From an uncultured Chloroflexia bacterium (lineage in GTDB: Bacteria > Chloroflexota > Limnocylindria > QHBO01): a stretch of DNA of 64,000 nucleotides. A program made the translations under genes and the position numbers. Location: positions 771,021-835,020 of the forward strand of contig CAWHEV010000010.1 in assembly GCA_963828485.1 (NCBI GenBank). The letters run 5' to 3'. A model generated the notes under the pieces. That model made no database searches and was not told the DNA's origin. It was given only the letters and a program-made list of their open reading frames with translations. Positions 1 to 9,358 of this stretch are shown here, piece by piece. Every line of letters begins with the position of its first letter. The first letter of the stretch is position 1.

Positions 1-3000
1 GTCGTCCCACGCCACCTTGTCGGGCAGTCGTACCAGGCGCGTCGCTCCGGCGACGGAGAGGGACAGCACGACCGGAAGCGGTCCGGGCCGTCCCGACAGG
101 GCCACCTTCACGGATTCGATCGCGCCGAGCAGCTGCTCGGTCGGCACGTCCTCCCCGATGGAAACGGCCACGGTCGCGACCGATGCCTCCGGGGACGACT
201 GGATCGGCACCGCGTCGAGAGGTGCAGGCGGCTCTTCGGCGGGCTCGGGCGCCCCGACCGTCGCCGCAATGGGTCCGACCTCCTGGCCCTCGGCTTCCAC
301 GGGCACGGCCACAGGTGCAGCCGCCTCGACTGCCACCGCCTGGCGTTGCGCGTCGTTCCAGACTCCCTGCGCTCGCTGCTCGCCCACTCCGCGTGCGTGG
401 CCGTTCTGGCCATTTCCCGATCGGCGGCCGCCGCGCGCCGCCAGGAGCCGATCGCGCTCGGCGCCGAACGCGACAGGTCCCATGCGCACGGCGTCGTCCC
501 ACTGGTGCACCGCCTCGCACAGGATCTGGGGCGACTCGTCACGTCGATCGATGCGTCCGGTGACCAGCACGACGGAATCGTCCACCCACGAGGGCGCGGT
601 CTCCTCGAAGACGCGCGGGAAGACGACGACCTCGACCGAGCCGGTCAGGTCCTCCAGGTTGGCGACGAGCATGGTCGAGCCGGCGCGCGTGATCACGCGA
701 CGCGACGAGAGGACGATTCCACCGAGCGTGACCTTGGCCTGGTCCTCCTCCTCGGCCAGGTCGCTGGTGTTGGCGGTCACGTACTCGGGCAGCTGATCGG
801 CGATGTCGCCCAGCGGATGCTCCGACAGGTAGAGGCCGATGAGCTCCTTCTCCCAGCGCAGCCGCTCGCGGCGCGGGATCTCCTCGCCGCCGTCGAGGTA
901 CGCCGTGCCGGACGACTCGGCCGGCAGCGCGAACAGGTCGAAGAGCGTGGATTGACCGGCCGCCACGTCCCGCTGGTGGCGCGCCCCGTTCTCGAGGGAG
1001 GCGTCGAGGGCTTCGAGCAGCGAGCCGGCGGTCCCGAGGGAGACCATGGCGTTGGCCTTGATCAGCGACTCGACCACGCGGCGGTTGATGGTGTGGAGAT
1101 CGACGCGCCGGCAGAAGTCGTCGAGCGAGACGAACGGCCCCGGCTCGGCGCCACGCTCGCGGACCTCGACGATCGCCTCGACGGCACCCTCGCCCACGTT
1201 CTTGATGGCCGCCATGCCGAAGCGGATCGCCTCCGGGGCCCCTTCCGCATCGGTCTCGACGGTGAACATGGCGTGCGATTTCTGCACGTCAGGCAGCCGG
1301 ACCTCGATCCCGAGCCGCCGGCACTCGGCGATGACCGCGGCCACCTTCTCGGCGCGACCCGAGAAGCCGTTGAGCACGGCGGTCATGAACTCGATCGGGT
1401 AGTTCGCCTTGAGGTAGGCGGTCTGGTAGGCGATCAGCCCGTAGCAGGTGGCGTGCGCCTTGTTGAATCCGTAGCGGGCGAAGGGCTCGAAGGCGGCGAA
1501 GACCTGGTCGACGATGTGCGGCGGGATCCCCTTCTTCTTCGCGCCGGCCTTGAACTTCGCCTCATGCTGGCGGAGGACGTCCTCCTTCTTCTTGCGGATC
1601 GCGTAGCAGAGGTTATCGGCCTCCGGACCGGTGTAGTCCGCCATGGCGATGGCGGCGGTCATGATGTCCTCCTGGTAGACGAAGATCCCGTACGTGTCGC
1701 GCAGCGCCGGCTCGAGCGAGTCGTGCAGATAGGTCACCGCCTCCTCGCCGTGCTTGCGCTTGATGTACGAGGGGATGTTCGCCATCGGGCCAGGGCGGAA
1801 GAGGGCGACCATCGCGGCCAGGTCGCGCACCTCGGTCGGCTTGAGCTCCTTGACGTATCGGCGCATCCCCGAGCCTTCCAGCTGGAAGACGCCCATCGTG
1901 TCGCCGCGGCCGAGGAGCTCGAAGGTCTTCGTGTCGTCGAGCGGAAGGTTGTCGACGTCGAGGCTGATGGACCGATGCGTCCGCACCAGCTCGACGGCAT
2001 CGGCCAGGATCGTCAGGTTGATGAGGCCCAGGAAGTCGAACTTCAGGAGACCGAGCGCCTCGCAGGCGTGCATCTCGAACTGGGTCATCGTCGTCTTGCC
2101 GTCGGTCGCGCGCTGCAACGGCATGATCTCGGTCAGCGGGTCTCGTGAGATGACGATGCCCGCGGCATGGGTCGAGGCGTGGCGCGACACGCCCTCGAGC
2201 TGCTTGGCGATGGTGATGAGCTTGTCGACGCGGTCGTCGCCGGCCATCAGCTCCCGGAGCTGCGGGCTCGTCTCGACGGCCCGGTCGAGCGAGATGTTGA
2301 GCTCGAGCGGCACCGCCTTCGCGACCCGGTCCGCCTCGGCGTAGGTGAGGCCCATGGCGCGGCCCACGTCGCGGATGGCCGCCTTGGCGCCGAGCGTCCC
2401 GAACGTGATGATCTGCGCCACCCGGTCGTCACCGTACTTGCGCGTGACGTACTCGATGACCTCGTCGCGACGCGAGTCCTGGAAATCGATGTCGATGTCC
2501 GGCATCGTCACCCGGTCCGGGTTGAGGAAGCGCTCGAATGGCAGGCCGTACTCGAGCGGGTCGACTGGGGTGATGCCGAGGCTGTACGTGACGATCGAGC
2601 CAGGCGCGCTGCCCCGGCATGTCGTCATGATCCCCCGCTCGCGGGCGAAGGCGATGAAGTCGGCGACGATCAGGAAATAGCCTGAGTACCCCATCCGATC
2701 GATGATTCCCAATTCGTAATCGAGACGGTTACGAATTGCATCGGTGATCGTTCCGTATCGGTCCGCCAGGCCGCGCTCGCACTCCTTGCGGAGCCACGAG
2801 CCCTCGGTCTCCCCCGCCGGGACCTCGAAGTGCGGCAGGCGCAGCCCCGAGAAGTCGAGGTTGACCTCGCACTGCTCGGCGATGGTCAGCGTGTTGTCGA
2901 ACGCATCGGGCAGCTCGCCGTTGAACAGGCGGCGCATCTCGGACGCCGGCTTCAGGTAGAACTCGTTGTTCTCGAAGCGCATCCGTCCGGGCGTGTCGAG

Positions 3001-3717
3001 GTTCGACGCGGTCTGGATGCAGACCAGGAGGTCGTGCGCCTCGTACTGCTCCGGGTGCGTGTAGTGCGTGTCGTTCGTCGCGACGAGCGGGATGTTCTGG
3101 CGCCGCGCCAGCTCCACCAGCTGCGGATGGAGCCGCGCCTGATCGTCGATCCCGTGCTCCTGGATCTCGATGTAGAAGTTCCCGTCGCCCAGGATGGACC
3201 GATACTCGTCGGCGGCCTTGGCCGCGCCCGCCTCGTCGCCCTGGCCCAGGCGCTTCAGCACCTCGCCTCCCAGGCAGGCCGATGTGCCGATGAGCCCTTG
3301 CGCGTGCTTCGCCAGCAGCTCCTTGTCGATGCGCGGCTTGTAGTAGTAGCCCTCGAGGTGCGCGGCGGTCGTCAGCGCCAGGAGGTTCCTGTAGCCGACG
3401 TCGTCCTTGGCCAACAGGATCATGTGGTGGTAGTCGGCGTCGGTCTTGCCCTCTTTGTCGGTCATGCCACGGGGGGCGACGTAGGCCTCGATGCCGATGA
3501 TCGGCTTGATCCCCGCCTTCTTGGCCGCGGCGTAGAACGGGATGACCCCGTACATGGACCCGTGGTCGGTCAGCGCCAGCGCCGGCATCCCCTGGTCGGC
3601 GACCCGCTGCGTCATCTCGCCGATGCGGCTCAGACCATCGAGCAGGCTGAACTCCGAGTGGACGTGGAGGTGAACGAAGTCGCCGTCCCGGCTCGGTTCA
3701 GGGGCTCGCAGCGTCAC
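1..3717 (-). CDS. dnaE: DNA polymerase III alpha subunit (partial; C-terminus beyond window start)
   Basis: Minus-strand translation from ~3717 gives VTLRAPEPSRDGDFVHLHVHSEFSLLDGLSRIGEMTQRVADQGMPALALTDHGSMYGVIPFYAAAKKAGIKPIIGIEAYV, the PHP-domain N-terminus of DnaE. The frame stays open to position 1, so there is no stop and the ORF is not in the track. Start is GTG 3717 or in-frame ATG 3750. Confidence 0.85.
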   Translation of the reverse strand, partial: MTLRAPEPSRDGDFVHLHVHSEFSLLDGLSRIGEMTQRVADQGMPALALTDHGSMYGVIPFYAAAKKAGIKPIIGIEAYVAPRGMTDKEGKTDADYHHMILLAKDDVGYRNLLALTTAAHLEGYYYKPRIDKELLAKHAQGLIGTSACLGGEVLKRLGQGDEAGAAKAADEYRSILGDGNFYIEIQEHGIDDQARLHPQLVELARRQNIPLVATNDTHYTHPEQYEAHDLLVCIQTASNLDTPGRMRFENNEFYLKPASEMRRLFNGELPDAFDNTLTIAEQCEVNLDFSGLRLPHFEVPAGETEGSWLRKECERGLADRYGTITDAIRNRLDYELGIIDRMGYSGYFLIVADFIAFARERGIMTTCRGSAPGSIVTYSLGITPVDPLEYGLPFERFLNPDRVTMPDIDIDFQDSRRDEVIEYVTRKYGDDRVAQIITFGTLGAKAAIRDVGRAMGLTYAEADRVAKAVPLELNISLDRAVETSPQLRELMAGDDRVDKLITIAKQLEGVSRHASTHAAGIVISRDPLTEIMPLQRATDGKTTMTQFEMHACEALGLLKFDFLGLINLTILADAVELVRTHRSISLDVDNLPLDDTKTFELLGRGDTMGVFQLEGSGMRRYVKELKPTEVRDLAAMVALFRPGPMANIPSYIKRKHGEEAVTYLHDSLEPALRDTYGIFVYQEDIMTAAIAMADYTGPEADNLCYAIRKKKEDVLRQHEAKFKAGAKKKGIPPHIVDQVFAAFEPFARYGFNKAHATCYGLIAYQTAYLKANYPIEFMTAVLNGFSGRAEKVAAVIAECRRLGIEVRLPDVQKSHAMFTVETDAEGAPEAIRFGMAAIKNVGEGAVEAIVEVRERGAEPGPFVSLDDFCRRVDLHTINRRVVESLIKANAMVSLGTAGSLLEALDASLENGARHQRDVAAGQSTLFDLFALPAESSGTAYLDGGEEIPRRERLRWEKELIGLYLSEHPLGDIADQLPEYVTANTSDLAEEEDQAKVTLGGIVLSSRRVITRAGSTMLVANLEDLTGSVEVVVFPRVFEETAPSWVDDSVVLVTGRIDRRDESPQILCEAVHQWDDAVRMGPVAFGAERDRLLAARGGRRSGNGQNGHARGVGEQRAQGVWNDAQRQAVAVEAAAPVAVPVEAEGQEVGPIAATVGAPEPAEEPPAPLDAVPIQSSPEASVATVAVSIGEDVPTEQLLGAIESVKVALSGRPGPLPVVLSLSVAGATRLVRLPDKVAWDD

Positions 3718-3840
3718 CCGGTCATCGTAGCGACGGCCGCGTCGCCGCATGAAGCGGATCGGCTACGTCCCGCTGCCGGCTCGTATGGCACGCGGCGCTG
3801 CCGTCACTCTCCGAGTCCCTTCCGGCCTTTGCGAGAGAGC

Positions 3841-5670
3841 TCAGGCTGCGACGGGCGCGGTCTCGGCTATTCGGCGCAGCACAGCGGGGTTGTCGATGCG
3901 TGCGGCGAAGACCGACGCGGACTCGAACGCGCCAGGCACACCCAGCGCACCGCGGTGCAGCTGCGCGCGGACGAGCAGCTCGTTCATCCCCGTCCGCGCG
4001 GCGACGGCTTCCAGGTCGCTCACCCATCGGTCGGCACCTGTCACACCCTCCGCGATCGCCTGTTCACACAGCGTATCGAGGCAGTAGCCGTGGATCCACA
4101 GGTAAGCGTCCGGAATGCGGATGCACCGTGTGCGCGCGTCGTCCAGCCACCGAATGCCCTCGGCGACGTCCCCGTTTACGATCTTGACCACGCCGATTCC
4201 ACGCGCGCCCAGGCCCTCCCAGCATGGATCACCGATCTGGCAGCCAAGCGCGAAGGCGCTGTCGAAGGCGTCGCTCGCCTCCTCGATCCGGCCTTCGGCG
4301 AAGTCGACCGCGCCGAGCAGCGACTGGGGGTACGCGATGAACGTCATCCAGCCGGCAGAGCGGACCGCCTCCACGCCCTGCTCGAGCGCCGCTCGAGCCT
4401 CGGGGAACTCCTCCCGCAGCAGGTGAGTGCGGCCGAGAAAGGTGTACGCCCAGCCCGTCAGACGCGGCTTGTCGAGGGTGGCGGCCTCCGCAGCGGATCG
4501 AGTCAGCAGGCCGATCGCTTCGGCGGTCCGGCCGCGATCGTTAGCCACCGCTCCGCTGACCCCCAGCGCCGCGGCGTGCCACGAGGGGTCGGGCGCTTGC
4601 TCGATCGCGCGAGCCAGCCAGGCGTCGGCCCGGTCGTACCGGGCACGCAGCATCTCCACATAGCCGAGCTCGCGGGACGCTTCACTGACCAGCCCTCGCT
4701 CCCCGAGCTCCTCCGCTACTGCGAGGGCGGCATGCAGCGCCGTCGCTCCCTCTCCGTCCCGGCCGCGCCCGCCGTGGATGTAGGCCTCTCCGAGGGCCAC
4801 GAGCGCCCGTGCGGCCAGCGTCCTGTCGCCCGAGTCCTGGGCGTCCGCCACGGCGCGACGCAGGGTGTCGAGTCCGGCCTCGATCGCACCGGCCGCAATC
4901 GCCGCCTCGCCGGCGGCGATCAGGGAGTCCGCCGTCGCGCGCGTCCCCGTCCCCGGCCGGGAAGTAAGGGTCCCCGTGATAGGGTCGGCAGCCCGAACGA
5001 GCGTCGCCGTCGGCTCAATTCCCAGATCGCGACGGAAGCGGTCGAGGGTGGCCGACAGGTAGCGTCGGGCGGCGTCCTGGTTCCCGCTCGCGACGTGCGC
5101 GCGAATCAGGAGCGCATGGGCCTCCTCGTCGAATTCGTCGAGCGCCACCAGCCTCGTCGCGAGCTCCACCGCCGAGTCCGCGTCCCCCGCCGCCAACAGT
5201 GAGACCGCGGCTTCGCGGAGCATCGCTGACGCATGACCGGCATATCGGCGGCGCTCGGCCAGCAGCCATGCTTCGAAGGCGGCGTCCGCAGCCGGCTGGA
5301 TGCCCTCAAGCAGCTCGCGATCGAGCCCGGGAATCTCGAGAGCCTCGGCCCAGGTCCCCGAGACCACGATCCGCACGTCGATCCTGGTATCCCGCGGAAG
5401 CTCGAGCTGCACCGGGTCGCCTCCGAGCCTCGCCCCCGAACCGAGCAGCCGCCGCAGCTCCGCCAAGTTCCAGCGAAGCGAGCCGAGCGGGTCATCGGCG
5501 TCGCCGAACAGCAAGCCCGCCAGTCGCTCTCGGTGCAGGGGCGACGACGACAGCAGCAGGAGGGCAAGAAGCGCCCATGGCTTGTGGCCCCGCGGCGACG
5601 TGCGTGGGACGCCATCGTGATGCACGCTCGGGGCACCCAGGAGGTGGATCTCCAGGCTCATCGGCGTCAT
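3841..5670 (-). CDS. SARP-family transcriptional regulator (OmpR-type wHTH + BTAD + TPR-like C-terminal region, no NB-ARC)
   Basis: MTPMSLEIHLLGAPSVHHDGVPRTSPRGHKPWALLALLLL..LRWNLAELRRLLG is a winged HTH. AFEAWLLAERRRYAGH..DEFDEEAHALLIRAHVASGNQDAARRYL..DLGIEP is a BTAD. The track ORF extends to 5778; the internal ATG at 5670 is the likely start. Confidence 0.8.
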   Translation of the reverse strand: MTPMSLEIHLLGAPSVHHDGVPRTSPRGHKPWALLALLLLSSSPLHRERLAGLLFGDADDPLGSLRWNLAELRRLLGSGARLGGDPVQLELPRDTRIDVRIVVSGTWAEALEIPGLDRELLEGIQPAADAAFEAWLLAERRRYAGHASAMLREAAVSLLAAGDADSAVELATRLVALDEFDEEAHALLIRAHVASGNQDAARRYLSATLDRFRRDLGIEPTATLVRAADPITGTLTSRPGTGTRATADSLIAAGEAAIAAGAIEAGLDTLRRAVADAQDSGDRTLAARALVALGEAYIHGGRGRDGEGATALHAALAVAEELGERGLVSEASRELGYVEMLRARYDRADAWLARAIEQAPDPSWHAAALGVSGAVANDRGRTAEAIGLLTRSAAEAATLDKPRLTGWAYTFLGRTHLLREEFPEARAALEQGVEAVRSAGWMTFIAYPQSLLGAVDFAEGRIEEASDAFDSAFALGCQIGDPCWEGLGARGIGVVKIVNGDVAEGIRWLDDARTRCIRIPDAYLWIHGYCLDTLCEQAIAEGVTGADRWVSDLEAVAARTGMNELLVRAQLHRGALGVPGAFESASVFAARIDNPAVLRRIAETAPVAA

Positions 5671-5701
5671 GGTGGCGTCAAGGTGGCGGATTGGACAAGG
5701 G

Positions 5702-5896
5702 TCAGATTCGACCCCCGCTGTGCCGGCTGATGCTTTGCTCCGGGCTGGGGCCCAGTTGGCCGGAGTCCACGAAGGCATCCCATCGCGAGCCGATGCCGTG
5801 CGCCAGTGAGCCGACGCCGAGGGTCATGCGGCGCATCGCGTGGACAAAGCGATGCCAGCGCCTGGTACCGCGATTGATGGTGGTGGTGGCTGCCAT
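5702..5896 (-). CDS. candidate small ORF (64 aa) upstream of and co-directional with the SARP gene
   Basis: ATG at 5896 is preceded on the mRNA by GGAAGGAAGG-ccgag (strong SD, 5-nt spacer). GC3 is about 79 %. Peptide MAATTTINRGTRRWHRFVHAMRRMTLGVGSLAHGIGSRWDAFVDSGQLGPSPEQSISRHSGGRI has no recognisable domain. Confidence 0.25.
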   Translation of the reverse strand: MAATTTINRGTRRWHRFVHAMRRMTLGVGSLAHGIGSRWDAFVDSGQLGPSPEQSISRHSGGRI

Positions 5897-6102
5897 CTCG
5901 GCCTTCCTTCCATGTTCTGGTCCCTGTGTGTCCGAATGGACCGATGCACGGCAGGATCAGGACGGTGCGTGTGACGGCGCGTGTGATGGGCCACGGCCCG
6001 CGCTGCGGAGTTCAGACTCCTTTCCGCAGAGGCATGGCAGATGCCCTGCATCGAGGCGGTCAAAGGCGCGACACGTCGTCACGCTGTCCGAAGCGTTGAC
6101 TT

Positions 6103-6145
6103 ATATCCGCTATGGATATAGGTTCAGTCCGTCACGGATATAGTG
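6103..6145. promoter_or_regulatory. candidate PadR autoregulatory operator: AT-rich palindrome ATATCC-N5-GGATAT plus second GGATATAG repeat and TATAGT -10-like box just upstream of the padR start
   Basis: gacTTATATCCGCTATGGATATAGgttcagtccgtcacGGATATAGTgcggagacATG. An AT-rich island in a GC-rich genome. TTGACT lies at ~6096. TATAGT is 8 nt before ATG 6153, so the transcript is near-leaderless. Confidence 0.45.
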
Positions 6146-6152
6146 CGGAGAC

Positions 6153-6515
6153 ATGGTGAAGATCGGCAACGAAGCACCCCTCACCCCGGCTGTCCTGCAC
6201 ATCCTCCTTGCAGTCTCCACTGAGGAGCGGCACGGGTACGGGATCATGAAGCAGGTCGAGCGGGAGTCGCAGGGCAAGGTGAAGATGGGCCCTGGCACCC
6301 TGTACGGGTCGCTCGGCCGCATGATGACGGCCGGGCTGATCCGCGAGGGCGACAAGCGGGCTGATCCAGAGATGGACGACGAGCGTCGGATCTACTACGC
6401 GATCACCGGGCTCGGGCAGAACGCGCTCGAGGCCGAGCTCAACCGGTATCGCGAGGTCGTCGCCGTCGCCAGCGAGAAGCACATCACGCCGATCGCCATT
6501 GCCGATGGGATCTGA
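6153..6515 (+). CDS. PadR family transcriptional regulator
   Basis: LHILLAVSTEERHGYGIMKQVERESQGKVKMGPGTLYGSLGRMMTAGLI is a PadR wHTH signature. Confidence 0.85.
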   Translation: MVKIGNEAPLTPAVLHILLAVSTEERHGYGIMKQVERESQGKVKMGPGTLYGSLGRMMTAGLIREGDKRADPEMDDERRIYYAITGLGQNALEAELNRYREVVAVASEKHITPIAIADGI

Positions 6516-7281
6516 GCGCGCGATCGGCCGATACCGGCGCTGGTACTCGCGCCTCATTCGCCTCTACCCGAGACATTTCCGTCAGCGCTTCGGCGAGCCG
6601 ATGGCGCAGACCTTCACCGATCTCATCAGCGAGCGTCGCGACGCGAACCGAGGGCTCCACACCTTCGCCTTCGGTGCGTTCGTCGAGACCTCGGCGGGAA
6701 TCATGAGGGAGAACATGTCACAGCTGATGCAGTCCAAGAACTATCTCCGCTGGGTGCTCATCACCGCGACGCTCCTGGCCGTTCCGCTCCTCGCCATGGT
6801 CCTGAACCTCGCGGTCCCCGATCCCGGCAGCGGCACCGACAGCGTGAACTGGGGCCCGATGGACTTCGCCATCATGGGTGTGCTCATCCTGGGCAGCGGC
6901 CTCCTGTACGAGTACGCGAGCACGCGGGCCGGCTCCATCGTCCAGAAGGCCGCGGTCGGCATCGCCGTCGGCGCAGGCTTCCTGCTGATCTGGGTCAACC
7001 TCGCGGTCGGGATGGTCGGCGACGAGGGCAACGCGGCGAACCTGATGTACCTGTTCGTGCTGTTCGTTGCCATCATCGGCGCCGCGATCTCGCGCTTCGA
7101 GCCGCGCGAGGCATCGATCGCGATGTTCGCTACGGCAGGCGCTCAGATCGCGGTCGTCGTCATCGCACTGGTGGGCGGACTCGAACCGGAGCTGCGGGCG
7201 GACGCGTTCTTCATCGCAGCGTGGGTCGCATCGGGCCTGTTGTTCCGGCGTGCCAGCTTGGAGTCCGCTCCCGCGATCTAG
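6499..7281 (+). CDS. PadR-associated membrane protein with permease prefix domain 1-like N-terminus
   Basis: N-terminus RYRRWYSRLIRLYPRHFRQRFGEPMAQTFTDLI matches the ..LYPR.FR.RFGEEM..F.D. prefix motif. It is followed by about 6 TM helices and overlaps the padR stop. Confidence 0.7.
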   Translation: MPMGSERAIGRYRRWYSRLIRLYPRHFRQRFGEPMAQTFTDLISERRDANRGLHTFAFGAFVETSAGIMRENMSQLMQSKNYLRWVLITATLLAVPLLAMVLNLAVPDPGSGTDSVNWGPMDFAIMGVLILGSGLLYEYASTRAGSIVQKAAVGIAVGAGFLLIWVNLAVGMVGDEGNAANLMYLFVLFVAIIGAAISRFEPREASIAMFATAGAQIAVVVIALVGGLEPELRADAFFIAAWVASGLLFRRASLESAPAI

Positions 7282-7365
7282 ACCTATCCGTATGCTGCAG
7301 GCATGGCAGCAGATGAGGGCCTCGCAAATAAAGGGCCGCTCGTGAGCCAGCTCCCGGCGGATCGG

Positions 7366-8067
7366 ATGATCCCGATCCTGCCGTCCCGGTCGATCGACGA
7401 CCAGATCGACTTCTACGAGGCGCTCGGATTCGAGGTGACATATCGGCAGAAGACGCCGAACGTCTTCGCCGCCGTGCAGCGCGGCGCGATCGAGCTCCAA
7501 TTCTTCGTGCTCAAGGGCTATGAGCCGGCCAATTCGTACAGCACCTGCTACGTGATGGTCTCCAATGTCGACGAGCTGTACGCGGACTTCCGGGCCGGCC
7601 TGAAGCAAGCGCTTGGAAGAATTCCGAGCCGCGGCATCCCCCGCATCGGCGCGATCGGCGACATGTCGTACGGCGTGCGCCAATTCCTGCTGACCGATCC
7701 GGGCGGCAACATCATCCGCATCGGCCAGCCGCTGGAGAAGGCCGACGGCGCCGAGACGGCAACCCAGCCGCTCCCCCGCCTGGAGCGCGCCCTCGAGGCC
7801 GCCAGGCTGCTCCTCTACTCGAAGGTCGACCCCGAGACGACGGCCCGGGTCATCGACGACGCCCTCGCCGCAACCCCCGATGCGTCGAAGGTGCTCCGCG
7901 TCCAGGCGCGCATCCTCCGCGCCGATGCAGCGAACGCAATCGGAGACGACGCGCTCGCTCGAGCGCTGCTGGACGAGGCGGCCAGCATCAGGCTCGGAGA
8001 CGCCGACCAGGCGAGGATCGCCGACGATCTCACGCGCGCCGAGGAGCTGCGCGGCTCACTCGACTGA
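7366..8067 (+). CDS. VOC (glyoxalase/bleomycin-resistance) family protein with Ala-rich C-terminal extension
   Basis: MIPILPSRSIDDQIDFYEALGFEV..GNIIRI is the VOC beta-alpha-beta fold. The track ORF starts at 7303, which is an alternative start. Confidence 0.7.
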   Translation: MIPILPSRSIDDQIDFYEALGFEVTYRQKTPNVFAAVQRGAIELQFFVLKGYEPANSYSTCYVMVSNVDELYADFRAGLKQALGRIPSRGIPRIGAIGDMSYGVRQFLLTDPGGNIIRIGQPLEKADGAETATQPLPRLERALEAARLLLYSKVDPETTARVIDDALAATPDASKVLRVQARILRADAANAIGDDALARALLDEAASIRLGDADQARIADDLTRAEELRGSLD

Positions 8068-8727
8068 CTCGGACGTCTCCCGCATCGGTGCACCATCGGG
8101 CCAGGCGGCGATGCAGACCTTGTTGCCCGATCGATCAGCCAGGATCCACGAGCTCGGCGCCTCTGAATCGTCGACCACCGTTCCACCGGCGGCGACCGCC
8201 GCGTGCATTCGTGCCTCGGCCCGGTCGCGAGCGACCGAGACGTCGATGTGCATCGCGTGGCGGAGCGATTTTTCCGGATCCAGGTCCTGCATCCAGACTG
8301 TGGAGCCCTGACCGTTCGGATCGAGGCAATTGTCCTCGTGCAGCGGCGCATAGCCGAGGACGGCGCGCCAGAACCCGAGGTCGATCGCGTCAGGCTTGGC
8401 GGCGACAGCCACTTGGACCTCCTGAACCGCGCTGCGGTCTGCGGTGGCGCCGTGCTCTCGCGCCAGGGCCGAGATGGCTTTCGCGACCTCGACGTGCCGG
8501 GCTTCCGTCCCCCACATCTCCCTGGTGATCTTCACGGTGAGGCGGTCGGAGGCGGCCGTCAGCAGCGTTCGTGGCTCCAGGCCCGGCACATCGGCCACCG
8601 CCGCCGCCAGACGCGCGGCTTCGGCGAGGCTCCCCACCCTGAACACCGCGGTCGGACCGCCATGGAGGACCACCCAATCGTCGACGTCATCGGCGGAGAG
8701 GAATTCACGCCAGCCCTGTTCGCTCAT
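8056..8727 (-). CDS. PCD/DCoH-like domain fused to VOC domain protein
   Basis: N-terminus DDWVVLHGGPTAVFRVGSLAEAARLAAAV..RLTVKITREMWG is pterin-4a-carbinolamine dehydratase-like. C-terminus FWRAVLGYAPLHEDN..HIDVSV..GGTVVDD..WILADRSGNKVCI is VOC. Paralog of the 35047-35724 gene. Confidence 0.75.
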   Translation of the reverse strand: MSEQGWREFLSADDVDDWVVLHGGPTAVFRVGSLAEAARLAAAVADVPGLEPRTLLTAASDRLTVKITREMWGTEARHVEVAKAISALAREHGATADRSAVQEVQVAVAAKPDAIDLGFWRAVLGYAPLHEDNCLDPNGQGSTVWMQDLDPEKSLRHAMHIDVSVARDRAEARMHAAVAAGGTVVDDSEAPSSWILADRSGNKVCIAAWPDGAPMRETSESVE

Positions 8728-8790
8728 GCGGGCAACAGTAGCCGGTGGCCCGCGCAGAACCTGTCACCAATCCCGCGAGGGGACCCCGCC

Positions 8791-9276
8791 CTACTCGCTC
8801 GTCGGAGCGGAATCCTTGAATAGGTCCGGCTGAGTTTCCTTGAGCGGCTGTGCGAGGCCGATGATGATGCCCGCGGGACCGTGAATGAAGCAGAGCCGGT
8901 AGACATCCTCGTACTGCACGACGTCGCGGACGAGCTCGGCGCCATGCGTGCGGAGGCGAGCCAGGGTGTCGTCGAGGTCATCGACCGCGAACATGATGCG
9001 GCGGTAGCCCAACGCGTTGACCGGCAGGTCCTTCGGGTTGGGACCGACGGCCGCGGGCCGTTCGAATTGCGTGAGCTCGAGCCTGCTGTGGCCGTCCGGG
9101 GTCCGGAGCGTCGCGATCTCATCTTTCGCGCCATCGATCCCAATGGTGCGGTCGACCCACTCTCCCTCGAGCTCCATGCGCCCCTCCAGCTCCATCCCGA
9201 GCTCGACGAAGAACGCGATCGCCGCATCGAGGTCCTCGACCACGATGAGGACGTTGTCCATTCGCAAGAGCGCCAT
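8791..9276 (-). CDS. VOC family protein
   Basis: MALLRMDNVLIVVEDLDAAIAFFVELGMEL..DGHSRLELTQF..YRRIMFAVDDLDDTLARL. The track N-terminal extension (to 9336) uses rare gta/ata codons. Confidence 0.75.
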   Translation of the reverse strand: MALLRMDNVLIVVEDLDAAIAFFVELGMELEGRMELEGEWVDRTIGIDGAKDEIATLRTPDGHSRLELTQFERPAAVGPNPKDLPVNALGYRRIMFAVDDLDDTLARLRTHGAELVRDVVQYEDVYRLCFIHGPAGIIIGLAQPLKETQPDLFKDSAPTSE

Positions 9277-9358
9277 GACCGAGTGTATGCAAGCCTTCGG
9301 CCCGGATACGATCGAGGCGCGGGCTGCCGCACGCAACGGGGGCTAGGAGGACATTGCC

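Noticed and set aside
3718-3750. Using ATG 3750 instead of GTG 3717 as the dnaE start
   Set aside because: Not truly rejected. GTG 3717 gives an N-terminal length before the FVHLH motif similar to characterised actinobacterial DnaE1, but neither start has a clear SD, so the 5' end is uncertain by 11 codons.
346-5202. Long plus-strand ORFs (346-2148 at 600 aa; 2830-5202 at 790 aa) overlapping dnaE and the SARP gene
   Set aside because: They are antisense to genes with clear conserved domains. The translations are Arg/Gly/Asp/Val-rich low-complexity strings typical of the wrong frame in 70 % GC DNA, with no domain signatures.
5199-6143. 314-aa plus-strand ORF across the SARP/PadR intergenic region
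   Set aside because: Pro/Arg/Ser/Ala-rich low-complexity translation that runs antisense through the SARP N-terminus. No motifs.
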